64,000 bases of DNA from Clostridia bacterium. GTDB lineage: Bacteria > Bacillota > Clostridia > Oscillospirales > Acutalibacteraceae. The notes under the pieces are model-generated. The model was not told the DNA's origin, searched no databases, and saw only the letters and a program-made list of their open reading frames with translations. Position 1 is the first letter of the stretch, and every line of letters begins with the position of its first letter. The stretch is from the NCBI GenBank assembly GCA_017516485.1, contig JAFXCH010000011.1:12184-76183 (forward strand), in the 5' to 3' direction. The position numbers and the translations under genes were made by a program. This document shows, piece by piece, positions 26,722 to 35,337 of the stretch.

Positions 26722-28140
26722 ATGGAAAAACTTTTTCAGAAGCCTCATATAAAAGGCTTTACACCGTATGCTTTGGCGGCTTTTCTCGTAGGATTAGTCG
26801 GCGGTTTCACATCTTTATTCAGTCCTGCTTTTGTAGAAGAACTTAATCTTCCGTATAACAATACAACATGGACGGCGCTCGCTATGGCAATGTCTGCCGC
26901 AGCCTTTGCCCCTGTTCTGGGTAAATTGGGCGATGTGATAGGCCGAAGGAAAACTTTGCTGCTGGGCATAGCTGTTTTTTTGCTCGGTAATATTCTGACC
27001 GCGGTAGCTCCTTCGCTTCTGCTTATGCTTATTGCACGTTTTATTGTCGGTATCGGAACTGCAGCTATTGCACCTGTTGTAATCTCTTACATTGTGACAG
27101 AATTTCCGCCCGATAAAATCGCAAAAGGCTTTGCGCTTTATATGTTCATTTCAAGCATCTCGGTAATCTTCGGGCCGACCATCGGCGGACTTATTATAAA
27201 ATATTACGGCTGGCGTACAATGATATGGGTGTGTGCCGTAATATCGGCTGTTGTACTTTTTCTTTGTATTTTGATTAAGGATAACAGAGCATCTGCCCCA
27301 AAAAGAATGGAGAAATTTGACAGTATCGGTGCGATTTTTATATTGCTTTTCTTCAGCCTGCTTCTTTGTGTGCCGTCATTCGGTCAGAATTTCGGCTGGC
27401 AATCAGGGCTGTTTATTGCAGTTCTTATCACATCCGTAATATCGGGTGTCGGACTTTATATATCAGAAAAAAAGGCTGTAAATCCTATTCTTAAAAGGGA
27501 TTTTATAAAAAGAAAAGCGTTTGTTCTTTCTGTGCTTGCTCTGTTTCTGACCCAGGGACTTATGCAGGCGAATATGACTAACATTATAGTTTTTGTTAAT
27601 TATACTCAGCCGCAGAATTCTGTTATATCGGGCTATGCAATCTCTGTTATGTATATCGGAATGTCTTTGGGCGCTGTTATCCTCGGTCCTCTTGCAGACC
27701 GCTATGAGCCTAAAAAAGTGCTTGTCGGCTCACTTGCTCTTACGGGAATCGGCTGTGCTGTTATGCTTTTGTTTTCCGCAAACACATCAGTGCTTTTGCT
27801 TGCATCTTCATTAGGTATACTCGGATTCGGATTGGGCGGTAACGGCACGATATTTATGAAAGTTGTTTTGTCGGGTGTTTCTGCGAAAAATTCGGGTGCA
27901 GGTACGGGAACTTACGGACTTTTCCGTGACCTTGCCGCTCCCTTCGGAGTAGCAGTGTTTGTACCTCTGTACACTAACAGCGTTGCAAATCTTATAAGTG
28001 TTGGGTCAAACGAGATTACTGCAGCTACAGATTCGGCAAAACTGCTTGCAACGGTTGAAATTGTATGTGTTGCCGTCGGAATAATCGCCGTGCTTTTTCT
28101 TCCTGCAATTCACAAAGATAAAAAAGGAGCAAAAATATGA
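26722..28140 (+). CDS. MFS transporter, DHA2 (14-TMS drug:H+ antiporter)-like
   Basis: ATG at 26722 follows GGAGTG. Motif GKLGDVIGRRKTLLLG. About 14 hydrophobic segments. Confidence 0.75.
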   Translation: MEKLFQKPHIKGFTPYALAAFLVGLVGGFTSLFSPAFVEELNLPYNNTTWTALAMAMSAAAFAPVLGKLGDVIGRRKTLLLGIAVFLLGNILTAVAPSLLLMLIARFIVGIGTAAIAPVVISYIVTEFPPDKIAKGFALYMFISSISVIFGPTIGGLIIKYYGWRTMIWVCAVISAVVLFLCILIKDNRASAPKRMEKFDSIGAIFILLFFSLLLCVPSFGQNFGWQSGLFIAVLITSVISGVGLYISEKKAVNPILKRDFIKRKAFVLSVLALFLTQGLMQANMTNIIVFVNYTQPQNSVISGYAISVMYIGMSLGAVILGPLADRYEPKKVLVGSLALTGIGCAVMLLFSANTSVLLLASSLGILGFGLGGNGTIFMKVVLSGVSAKNSGAGTGTYGLFRDLAAPFGVAVFVPLYTNSVANLISVGSNEITAATDSAKLLATVEIVCVAVGIIAVLFLPAIHKDKKGAKI

Positions 28141-28934
28141 GATTGAAAGATAAAACTGTGTTAATTACCGCATCCACCAGAGGTATCGGACTCGCTTGTG
28201 TAAAGATGTGTGCAAAAGAGGGTGCCGCGGTTTATATGGCGGCAAGAAACCTTGAGCTTGCGAAGGAAGAGGCGGACAAGCTGAATTCACAGGGCTGTAA
28301 TGTTAAATATGTGTACAACGATGCAAGTAAGCCTGAGTCATATATATCAATGACAGAAGAAGTTATTAAGGATGCAGGTCGCATTGACGTGCTGATAAAC
28401 AATTTCGGTACTTCAAATCCGGGCAAGGACCTTGATTTTTCAAATACTGATGTCGATGTTTTTCTCGATACGGTAAATATAAACCTTAAAAGTGTGTATA
28501 TGGCAAGTCAGCAAGCAATTAAATATATGGCAAAGCAAGGCGGCGGAAGTATTATCAATATTTCTTCTGTAGGCGGACTTGTGCCGGACATTTCGCAGGT
28601 TGCATACGGAACAAGTAAAGCGGCAATCAATTATCTTACTAAGCTTATTGCGGTGCATGAAGCCAAAAACAACATACGCTGTAATGCTGTTCTTCCCGGT
28701 ATGACCGCGACCGATGCAGTGCAGGAAAAGCTTTCTGATGAATTCAAAGAACTGTTTCTTCGCCATATACCTTTCAGCAGAATGGGAAAACCTGAAGAAA
28801 TAGCTGAAGCCGCAGTTTATTTTGCAAGCGATGAATCGGCATACACAACAGGTCAGATTTTGACCGTATCAGGAGGTTTCGGCATCGCAACACCTTTATA
28901 CGGTGATTTGTCGAACAAAACAAACCGCCGATAA
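28137..28934 (+). CDS. SDR family oxidoreductase, resembling clostridial NADP-dependent 7-alpha-hydroxysteroid dehydrogenases
   Basis: Motifs TASTRGIG (TGxxxGxG variant), NNFG, SSVGG...YGTSKAAINYL (YxxxK) and NIRCNAVLPG. ATGA overlap with the MFS gene. The 7-alpha-HSDH resemblance is from memory of that subgroup. Confidence 0.7.
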   Translation: MRLKDKTVLITASTRGIGLACVKMCAKEGAAVYMAARNLELAKEEADKLNSQGCNVKYVYNDASKPESYISMTEEVIKDAGRIDVLINNFGTSNPGKDLDFSNTDVDVFLDTVNINLKSVYMASQQAIKYMAKQGGGSIINISSVGGLVPDISQVAYGTSKAAINYLTKLIAVHEAKNNIRCNAVLPGMTATDAVQEKLSDEFKELFLRHIPFSRMGKPEEIAEAAVYFASDESAYTTGQILTVSGGFGIATPLYGDLSNKTNRR

Positions 28935-28944
28935 AGTAAATATT

Positions 28945-28994
28945 AAAAGCGGTAACAAGCAAATCACTTGCTTGTTACCGCTTCAGCTTGTCGA
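28945..28994 (+). repeat. 50-bp perfect direct repeat, copy 1 (contains a terminator-like hairpin)
   Basis: AAAAGCGGTAACAAGCAAATCACTTGCTTGTTACCGCTTCAGCTTGTCGA, with stem GCGGTAACAAGCAA/TTGCTTGTTACCGC. Confidence 0.9.
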
Positions 28995-29232
28995 AAAAGT
29001 ATTTTTCGGCAAGCTGTGAGACTTCGAGAAAGGTGACGAGATGCCATGTTCTTTGCCTCGAAGCTGTACAAAGGTACCGCGAGAGGGCAAAAACACGGCA
29101 AACACACAATATTTAACACAATAAAATCAGAAAGATTTACTTGTTAATCCTCCTGATTTTTCTTGTTTTGTTTTGAAAAAGTCCCTTGTATTTTTCTTGT
29201 GTGTGTTCTCGGTGACTTTATCGATAGTCTGA

Positions 29233-29282
29233 AAAAGCGGTAACAAGCAAATCACTTGCTTGTTACCGCTTCAGCTTGTCGA
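29233..29282 (+). repeat. 50-bp perfect direct repeat, copy 2
   Basis: Identical 50-mer lying 238 bp after copy 1. Confidence 0.9.
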
Positions 29283-29329
29283 TTATAATTTTTCTTGAGT
29301 CGCTGTTATTTATGAGAGCGACGTATTTG

Positions 29330-30064
29330 TCAGTTTATACCTTTGTACTCTGCTTTGACTTTTTCGTAGCTTTCAAGGTTGCCTATGTCATAGCGACTGC
29401 CCGGCATTTCCATTGAGTGTACCTGAGTCTGCTTACAAAGCCAGGCAATATAGCTGCCGGGTGCGTCTGTACCGCAACCGCTGTCAATACCTTTTTGCAC
29501 AAGCCTTGCATCAGCCTTCGAGTAAAAATAAAACGGAGGACAGCACCAGTTTGTTGCGGGAGTCGGTGATTTTTCAGTCATATCAAGCACTTTATCGGTT
29601 TCGTCAACTGTTACAACACCGCACTTGAGAAGCTTGGTGAATTCCGGCTCATAATAACGCATAATACAGGACGTGTTTTTTTCTTTAGCGTATGCGATGA
29701 ATTTTGTAAGGCTGAAATCGAGCACGTTGTCGCCTGCAATAACAAGCATATCATCGTCAAGACCGAGCTTTTCAATCGCAAACTGAATATCTTTTACCGC
29801 ACCCAGACGGGTTTCGTTCGTATCCGTACCGTCGTCAACAACGGTGATTTTTTGTGCTTTTTTTGCTGCCCATTCTTCAAAATGGTGTGCGTATTTATGG
29901 TTGGAAATAACAACATATTCGTCAACCTCACCCGAGGTATCGATATCGTCTACCAGCCAGTCGAGAATTGTTTTTTCGCCTACTTCAAGAAGCGGTTTGG
30001 GAAAATTTTCGGTAAGAGGGTAAAGGCGGGTTGCATAGCCTGCCGCAAGAATAAGACATTTCAT
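29330..30064 (-). CDS. sugar-1-phosphate nucleotidylyltransferase family protein
   Basis: N-terminal ILAAGYATRLYPLTENFPKPLL (the GxGxR-type NTP-transferase signature). About 244 aa. Confidence 0.75.
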   Translation of the reverse strand: MKCLILAAGYATRLYPLTENFPKPLLEVGEKTILDWLVDDIDTSGEVDEYVVISNHKYAHHFEEWAAKKAQKITVVDDGTDTNETRLGAVKDIQFAIEKLGLDDDMLVIAGDNVLDFSLTKFIAYAKEKNTSCIMRYYEPEFTKLLKCGVVTVDETDKVLDMTEKSPTPATNWCCPPFYFYSKADARLVQKGIDSGCGTDAPGSYIAWLCKQTQVHSMEMPGSRYDIGNLESYEKVKAEYKGIN

Positions 30065-30081
30065 AAAAGCACCTCAAAAAA

Positions 30082-31254
30082 TCAGGAGTTGACACCGTTT
30101 GCACTCTTGCAGATGTGCACGGAAAATTTATCTTTAAGATGGGGGAATGCTTTGAGATATTCGCGTGTTACTTTTTCGGTTATCGACTCTTCAAACTCGG
30201 GATTTATCAGAGCCATACAGCAGCCTTTGAAGCCTGCACCCGAAAAGCGACCGCCGTAAATACCTTCGGTCTGAGTCATTATTTCATACAGCTTTTTAAG
30301 CTCAGGAGAGCCTGTTTCCCAGTTGTAAATAGAAGATTTTCCGCTCTCAAATGAAAGCCTGCCAAACGTCTCTATATCACCGTTTTTCCACGCTTCAGCA
30401 CCCTTCTGAACACGGTCAAATTCAGTGTACCAATGCTCGGCACGTTTACGCCAGTTTTCGGGAAGCTTGTCCTTATGCTCAAGGTAAACTTCGTACGGTA
30501 CATCACGCAGGTTTGTTTCCTCAAACTTGCCGTATTCCATGCCGGCATAAGCCTTAAGTGCATAAGCGGCGCTGCGGCATTCGTCAACACGCATATTAAA
30601 TGCTGAGCCTGCAAGTGTACGCTCAATACCGCTGAAAAATATAGCAATTCTGTAAGGCTTCATATCGGGATGCTTGGGAATAAGCTCGTACGTGTCATCC
30701 TGCAAATCCATATAGAGAAGGTGACCTTTTTTGCAGTAAACCTCACAGGACTGATCCAGCTTACCGCAGGAAACACCGACATACAGATTTTCAGCTTCCT
30801 GCGAAATGGTTATAAGCTCCGAAGGCTCAAGCTCGATTGAGTTCATTTTGCAAAGTGCGGACAAAAAGGTGATGATAACCGCCGCCGAAGAAGAAAGACC
30901 GCCTATAGGAAGTTCGCCGTCAACAACCGCACAAAGTCCTCTTCTCAGAGGGTAACGCTTGTTGAGTGCTATTGTTGCACCTCTCAGGTGGTCTGCCCAG
31001 TCGCCCTGCGGAGATTCGGGTGTGGCCGCAACGTGCCACTGTGCTCTTTTGTCAAATTGTTGTGACTGTATTTCGATAACGCCGTTTTCTTTCGGACCGT
31101 AGGCGATATGAATACCTTTGTTAATTGCAATACCCGTTATTTTGCCGAGCTGATGGTCACTGTGTGCTCCGATAGGACAAACTCTGTAAGGCGTAAAAGC
31201 AGTGTACTGAGCCGCTTTTTTGTAGATCTGTTCAAATTTTTCGGTAGCATTCAT
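30082..31254 (-). CDS. GHMP-family sugar-1-kinase (galactokinase superfamily; GalA-kinase-like N-terminal motif)
   Basis: Motifs YRVCPIGAHSDHQLG (a variant of the GalK GEHTDY motif) and GGLSSSAAV (GHMP motif II). ATG at 31254 follows GGAGATAAACAT. The track's longer ORF would overlap the upstream gene. Confidence 0.7.
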   Translation of the reverse strand: MNATEKFEQIYKKAAQYTAFTPYRVCPIGAHSDHQLGKITGIAINKGIHIAYGPKENGVIEIQSQQFDKRAQWHVAATPESPQGDWADHLRGATIALNKRYPLRRGLCAVVDGELPIGGLSSSAAVIITFLSALCKMNSIELEPSELITISQEAENLYVGVSCGKLDQSCEVYCKKGHLLYMDLQDDTYELIPKHPDMKPYRIAIFFSGIERTLAGSAFNMRVDECRSAAYALKAYAGMEYGKFEETNLRDVPYEVYLEHKDKLPENWRKRAEHWYTEFDRVQKGAEAWKNGDIETFGRLSFESGKSSIYNWETGSPELKKLYEIMTQTEGIYGGRFSGAGFKGCCMALINPEFEESITEKVTREYLKAFPHLKDKFSVHICKSANGVNS

Positions 31255-31273
31255 ATGTTTATCTCCGTTCGAA

Positions 31274-32995
31274 TTATTCTTTGGCTTCAATCAGAATTCC
31301 GTCGTCTACAATTTTGTAAACTCTTGTGCAGTACTTAAGCATACTTGGCCTGTGGGTGGTGATTATTCTTGCTCTGTTAGGGTATGTTTTCATCATATTG
31401 GTCAGCACTTTTTCTTCGGTTTTGGCGTCAAGAGCGCTTGTTGCCTCGTCCATAACAACAATCGGTGCATCACGGAGAATTGCCCTGGCTATGGACATTC
31501 TTTGTACCTGTCCTTCTGAGAAATTGACACCTTTTTCACTTATTTCGGTGTTAATTCCAAAAGGCAGCTTTGATACAAAACTCCACGCATCAGCAATCTC
31601 AAGAGCCTCAATAATCTGCTCATCGGTTGCATCCGGGCAAGCTATACGAAGATTGTCTGCAACAGTACCGGAGAAGATTGCATTACCCTGCGGCACGAAA
31701 GAACAGAACCTTCTTGTGCTTTCACAAACAGGGATTTTTATTCCGTCTTTTGTCTTTATTGTTATCGTGCCGGAATCCGGCTCTACGAGGCCGAGAATAA
31801 GCCTTAACAGTGTTGTTTTACCCTCGCCCGACGGGCCGACAAAAGCGACTGTTTCTCCGGGGGCTACCTTGAAATCTGCTTTTCCTACAACGGGTTTATC
31901 TCCATCGGGATATGTGTATTTAAGGTTATCGCAAACTAATGTCAGACCATATTTATCAGCCGTTTCTTCAATATTTTTCGCCTGCTCATCATACCTGTTT
32001 TCTTCAAGCGGAAGTTCGGTAATTTCCATAATTCTGCCTGCCGAGGTAGCAATGGAAATCGAGCTCGGAACAAGCGAAACAAGTGCTGAAAACGAGCTTG
32101 TAAGCTGACCCGAAATCTGCAGAAACAAGGTCATTGTTCCATAAGAAATTGCGCCCTGCCAGAGTCTGTAAACGCCCCAACCGTAGCAAGAGTATGAAAC
32201 AATAAGACCTATCAGCGACATACAAAGACCCATAATGATTGTAAAACGGTCGTGGTCGAGCTTGATTTTTCTGTGAAGCTCGAGGTTGATTTTCATCTGC
32301 TCCACATAACGTTTCGTCAGGTCAAACGCTTTTATAACCTGCATATTCTGAATTGACTCAGAATAAAAAGAAAGGATTTTTCCGTTCATTTCGCGGCTTT
32401 CTTTATTATATTTTCGAATCATTTTTATTGTAAATTTTGAGGAAAGAACGAGGAAAGGTGCACTCAAGAAAGCAAATATCGCCATCGTCGGATCATAATA
32501 AAGAACCACAATAAGACAGCCGATAAACTGCGCACCTTTTGTGAAAATGCTTGGAATATAGCTGATTATGCTTCCCGAAACCGTAGCAACGTCGCCTTCA
32601 ATTCTGTTGAGTAAATCTCCTGAATGGAATTTTCTGAAATCCTCCCACTTGGTGTAAGCAATTTTCTCGTAAACACCGCTGCGTATTTCCATATTGACCT
32701 TACTGCCTACAACAGCAGCTAACCTTGAAACTGCCGCACCGACAAGAATCTGCGTTACGGCAAAAAGCACGGCAATTACAGCACTTTTGACAATCGTATC
32801 GGTGTTGTGCGAAATAACCGAGTCTATCAGATATTTTGAGGCTATGCTTGCACCGAGACCTAAAGCAGTGCTTAAAAGTCCGATAATAACATAAAAAACA
32901 ATCTGAAGACGGTATTTTGAAATGTACTTTAAAAGCCATTTCCATTCTTTTTTCATAGAACGGAACAGCTCTATATATTCACCCGGTTTCTTCAT
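31274..32995 (-). CDS. ABC exporter, fused permease/ATPase (type I exporter)
   Basis: Six N-terminal TM helices. Walker A GPSGEGKTT, signature FSEGQVQR, Walker B VVMDEATSALD. No C39 peptidase domain. Confidence 0.85.
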   Translation of the reverse strand: MKKPGEYIELFRSMKKEWKWLLKYISKYRLQIVFYVIIGLLSTALGLGASIASKYLIDSVISHNTDTIVKSAVIAVLFAVTQILVGAAVSRLAAVVGSKVNMEIRSGVYEKIAYTKWEDFRKFHSGDLLNRIEGDVATVSGSIISYIPSIFTKGAQFIGCLIVVLYYDPTMAIFAFLSAPFLVLSSKFTIKMIRKYNKESREMNGKILSFYSESIQNMQVIKAFDLTKRYVEQMKINLELHRKIKLDHDRFTIIMGLCMSLIGLIVSYSCYGWGVYRLWQGAISYGTMTLFLQISGQLTSSFSALVSLVPSSISIATSAGRIMEITELPLEENRYDEQAKNIEETADKYGLTLVCDNLKYTYPDGDKPVVGKADFKVAPGETVAFVGPSGEGKTTLLRLILGLVEPDSGTITIKTKDGIKIPVCESTRRFCSFVPQGNAIFSGTVADNLRIACPDATDEQIIEALEIADAWSFVSKLPFGINTEISEKGVNFSEGQVQRMSIARAILRDAPIVVMDEATSALDAKTEEKVLTNMMKTYPNRARIITTHRPSMLKYCTRVYKIVDDGILIEAKE

Positions 32996-33115
32996 AAATC
33001 AATCATCTCAATTTTTGCCTGAACGGCCGATAGTAAGAATATTCTTTTTACATATTATCATATATTAGCTCAAATTACAAGATAATAATTTATCATAAAA
33101 ATTATATATAATATA

Positions 33116-33144
33116 TTGACTTTGTTACAAGAAACGGTTATAAT
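33116..33144 (+). promoter_or_regulatory. consensus-like sigma-70 promoter for the HprK-like/rSAM/giant-protein operon
   Basis: TTGACT, 17 nt spacer, TATAAT. Confidence 0.55.
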
Positions 33145-33214
33145 TGCTATGCATATAATGGAATCATATGCTACAATATTACAGTTGTAATTATGTCTGT
33201 ATCAGGTTTGTACG

Positions 33215-34057
33215 ATGAAGAAATTTTATTCGCTATGTAAAAAAAGCATTTGCATTGATGCTGAATCATTCCCCGGCGACAATCCGTTGTGGGAACAGTT
33301 TGAGACAGAATCCTGCAATGCCGATATAACGGTAAAATGCACGGTAAGCGATAGCTTTCCCAAAATACCGGATGGTGTCAGGTCGGGCGAATTCACAGTG
33401 TCTGTCGATGGCGATACGGTTTACAGAGCTTTACCTATGGGCACTATCCCCGGTGCACTCACTATGTACACTCCGGCAGATACTTCCCGCAGTGAAACAT
33501 TTTTCACTCCAAGAAGCTTTCCGATAATGATGGACAGCCGCTTTATGTGGAGCTCGGTTTCACTGGCGCAGCTTTTGCTTTCCGCAAATGCATTTTTTAT
33601 CCATTCGTCCTTTATCTCGGTAAACGGCAAAGCTGTCCTTTTTTCAGCTCCGTGCGGTGTCGGCAAAAGTACGCAGGCCGCATTGTGGGAGAAATACCGC
33701 GGTGCCGAAATAATCAACGGCGATAAAGCGGGTATTCTTGTCGAGAGTGGTGTATATGCCTGCGGAGTTCCCTTTTGCGGAACAAGCGGAATATGCAAAA
33801 ACAAAACCTTTCCACTCGGTGCAATAGTGCTGCTCAGCCAGTCACCTGAAAACAGCATCAGACAGCTTTCGGGTGCCGAAGCGTTACAAGGGCTTATGTT
33901 GAACATATATCTTGATTTGATAGCTCCCGGCGAGCAGAGTGCGATAATAGAGCTTCTTATCAGCTTGTTGGAAACAGTTCCGGTTTATTCCTTTGCCTGT
34001 ACGGCGGACGAATCTGCTGTGCAGATGCTTGAAAATATATTGACGGGTATAATTTAG
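33215..34057 (+). CDS. HPr kinase C-terminal-domain-like P-loop protein (HprK-related kinase)
   Basis: IHSSFISVNGKAVLFSAPCGVGKSTQAALW...GAEIINGDKAGI parallels the HprK/P P-loop region (G.SG.GKS...L..DD). The N-terminal ~130 aa are unassigned. The RBS is weak. Confidence 0.6.
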   Translation: MKKFYSLCKKSICIDAESFPGDNPLWEQFETESCNADITVKCTVSDSFPKIPDGVRSGEFTVSVDGDTVYRALPMGTIPGALTMYTPADTSRSETFFTPRSFPIMMDSRFMWSSVSLAQLLLSANAFFIHSSFISVNGKAVLFSAPCGVGKSTQAALWEKYRGAEIINGDKAGILVESGVYACGVPFCGTSGICKNKTFPLGAIVLLSQSPENSIRQLSGAEALQGLMLNIYLDLIAPGEQSAIIELLISLLETVPVYSFACTADESAVQMLENILTGII

Positions 34058-34078
34058 TTTGTTTTGGGAGAGGTCAGT

Positions 34079-35170
34079 ATGAGTGCTGAGTATGACAAAT
34101 TCATATCCGCGCTCTTTGCCAAGGCGGATTCGGCATCTTTTCCGTTATCGGGCGCGTTTGAGTTGACATCACGGTGTCCGCTCGATTGCAAAATGTGCTA
34201 CATTCACCGTAAGGAGAATGATTGCGATGCGCTACGGCGAGAAAAGAGTGCCGGGTGGTGGCTTGACCTTGCAAAGCAGGCGAGCAAATCGGGAATGTTG
34301 CTTTTGCTGCTCACTGGTGGTGAGCCGTTATTGCGAAAGGATTTTGATGAGATTTATCTCGGAGCCAAACAGCTTGGGCTTCTCGTGTCGGTCAATACAA
34401 ACGCTTTGCTGATTGACGATGAGCGTGTCCGCTTTTTCATAGAGCATCCTCCGCAACGACTGAATATTTCACTTTACGGTGCATCCGAGGAAACCTACCG
34501 CAGCTTATGCGGCAACGGTGAGGCATACGAAAAGGTGCGTTCAGCTATTGTAAAGCTTGTTGAAGCCGGTGTCAGTGTGAAGCTCAACCTTACGGTTACG
34601 GAGTATAACCGTCACGACGTTGCTCAGGTTTACGATTTTGCAAAACAATACGGCTTACCGGTTCAGACTGTTACTTATATGTTTCCGCCTTTGCGTGCAG
34701 GTGGTACAGCTTCAAGGCTGTCTGCAGAGCAGGCGGCTCAGGCAAAGTTTGAGTGTATACGCTGCAAGCTCGGTGACGAAATGCTTGGCAGATTCTTATC
34801 GGCGGCAAAAATGTCTTTACCGAAAGGTGAGGTTGGTGAATGTGGCGATACCTGTGGTGAGCGGATACCGTGTCGTGCAGGCTTAAGTACATTCTGGGTC
34901 ACGTGGGATGGTTTTATGTCCCCTTGCGGGATGATGAACAAGCCGTTTTTCAAAGCGGACGATTTTTCGTCAGCGTGGTCACAGCTTCAAAAAGCACGGC
35001 AGGATATAATTCTTCCGCCAAAATGTCGCAATTGTGATTTGCGAGTGTATTGCGATGTTTGTGCGGCGGTAACGCTTGCAGAAACAGGTTCGTTCGGCGG
35101 CATCCCGGAGTATGTGTGTGTGAAAGCTGCAGTATACAAGAAACTGTGCGACGAAAGAATTGAAAATTGA
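34079..35170 (+). CDS. radical SAM enzyme with C-terminal SPASM/twitch-type Cys-rich domain
   Basis: CPLDCKMCY (CxxxCxxC), LTGGEPLL, and a C-terminal CRAGLSTFWVTWDGFMSPCG...CRNCDLRVYCDVCAAV. ATG at 34079 follows GGGAGAGG. Confidence 0.85.
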   Translation: MSAEYDKFISALFAKADSASFPLSGAFELTSRCPLDCKMCYIHRKENDCDALRREKSAGWWLDLAKQASKSGMLLLLLTGGEPLLRKDFDEIYLGAKQLGLLVSVNTNALLIDDERVRFFIEHPPQRLNISLYGASEETYRSLCGNGEAYEKVRSAIVKLVEAGVSVKLNLTVTEYNRHDVAQVYDFAKQYGLPVQTVTYMFPPLRAGGTASRLSAEQAAQAKFECIRCKLGDEMLGRFLSAAKMSLPKGEVGECGDTCGERIPCRAGLSTFWVTWDGFMSPCGMMNKPFFKADDFSSAWSQLQKARQDIILPPKCRNCDLRVYCDVCAAVTLAETGSFGGIPEYVCVKAAVYKKLCDERIEN

Positions 35171-35337
35171 AAATTCCGGGTCGCTTCGCTCCGATTAAGA
35201 ATTTGAAAATCCCAAACTTTAATTTTCCATTTTCCATTCTCAATTCGCAGTTTTAAAAAACAATTTTCCAAAAAGCCAATTTTGGAATTTTACATAGATT
35301 ACACAAACTACAAAAGAAATTTTGGAGGTACAAATTT

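Noticed and set aside
31326-32108. A 260-aa plus-strand ORF.
   Set aside because: It is antisense to the ABC exporter, whose Walker, signature and TM motifs are clear. The sequence is low-complexity Ser/Leu-rich and has no RBS.
33139-33262. Tiny ORFs (MHIMESYATILQL and MSVSGLYDEEILFAM) just upstream of or overlapping the HprK-like gene, considered as possible precursor peptides.
   Set aside because: They have no Shine-Dalgarno sequence and no Cys, Ser or Thr-rich core. They sit in AT-rich promoter or leader sequence, where such ORFs arise by chance.
34950-35271. Two ~95-aa minus-strand ORFs spanning the rSAM 3' end and the downstream gap.
   Set aside because: They overlap the conserved SPASM Cys region on the other strand, and there are no translation signals.
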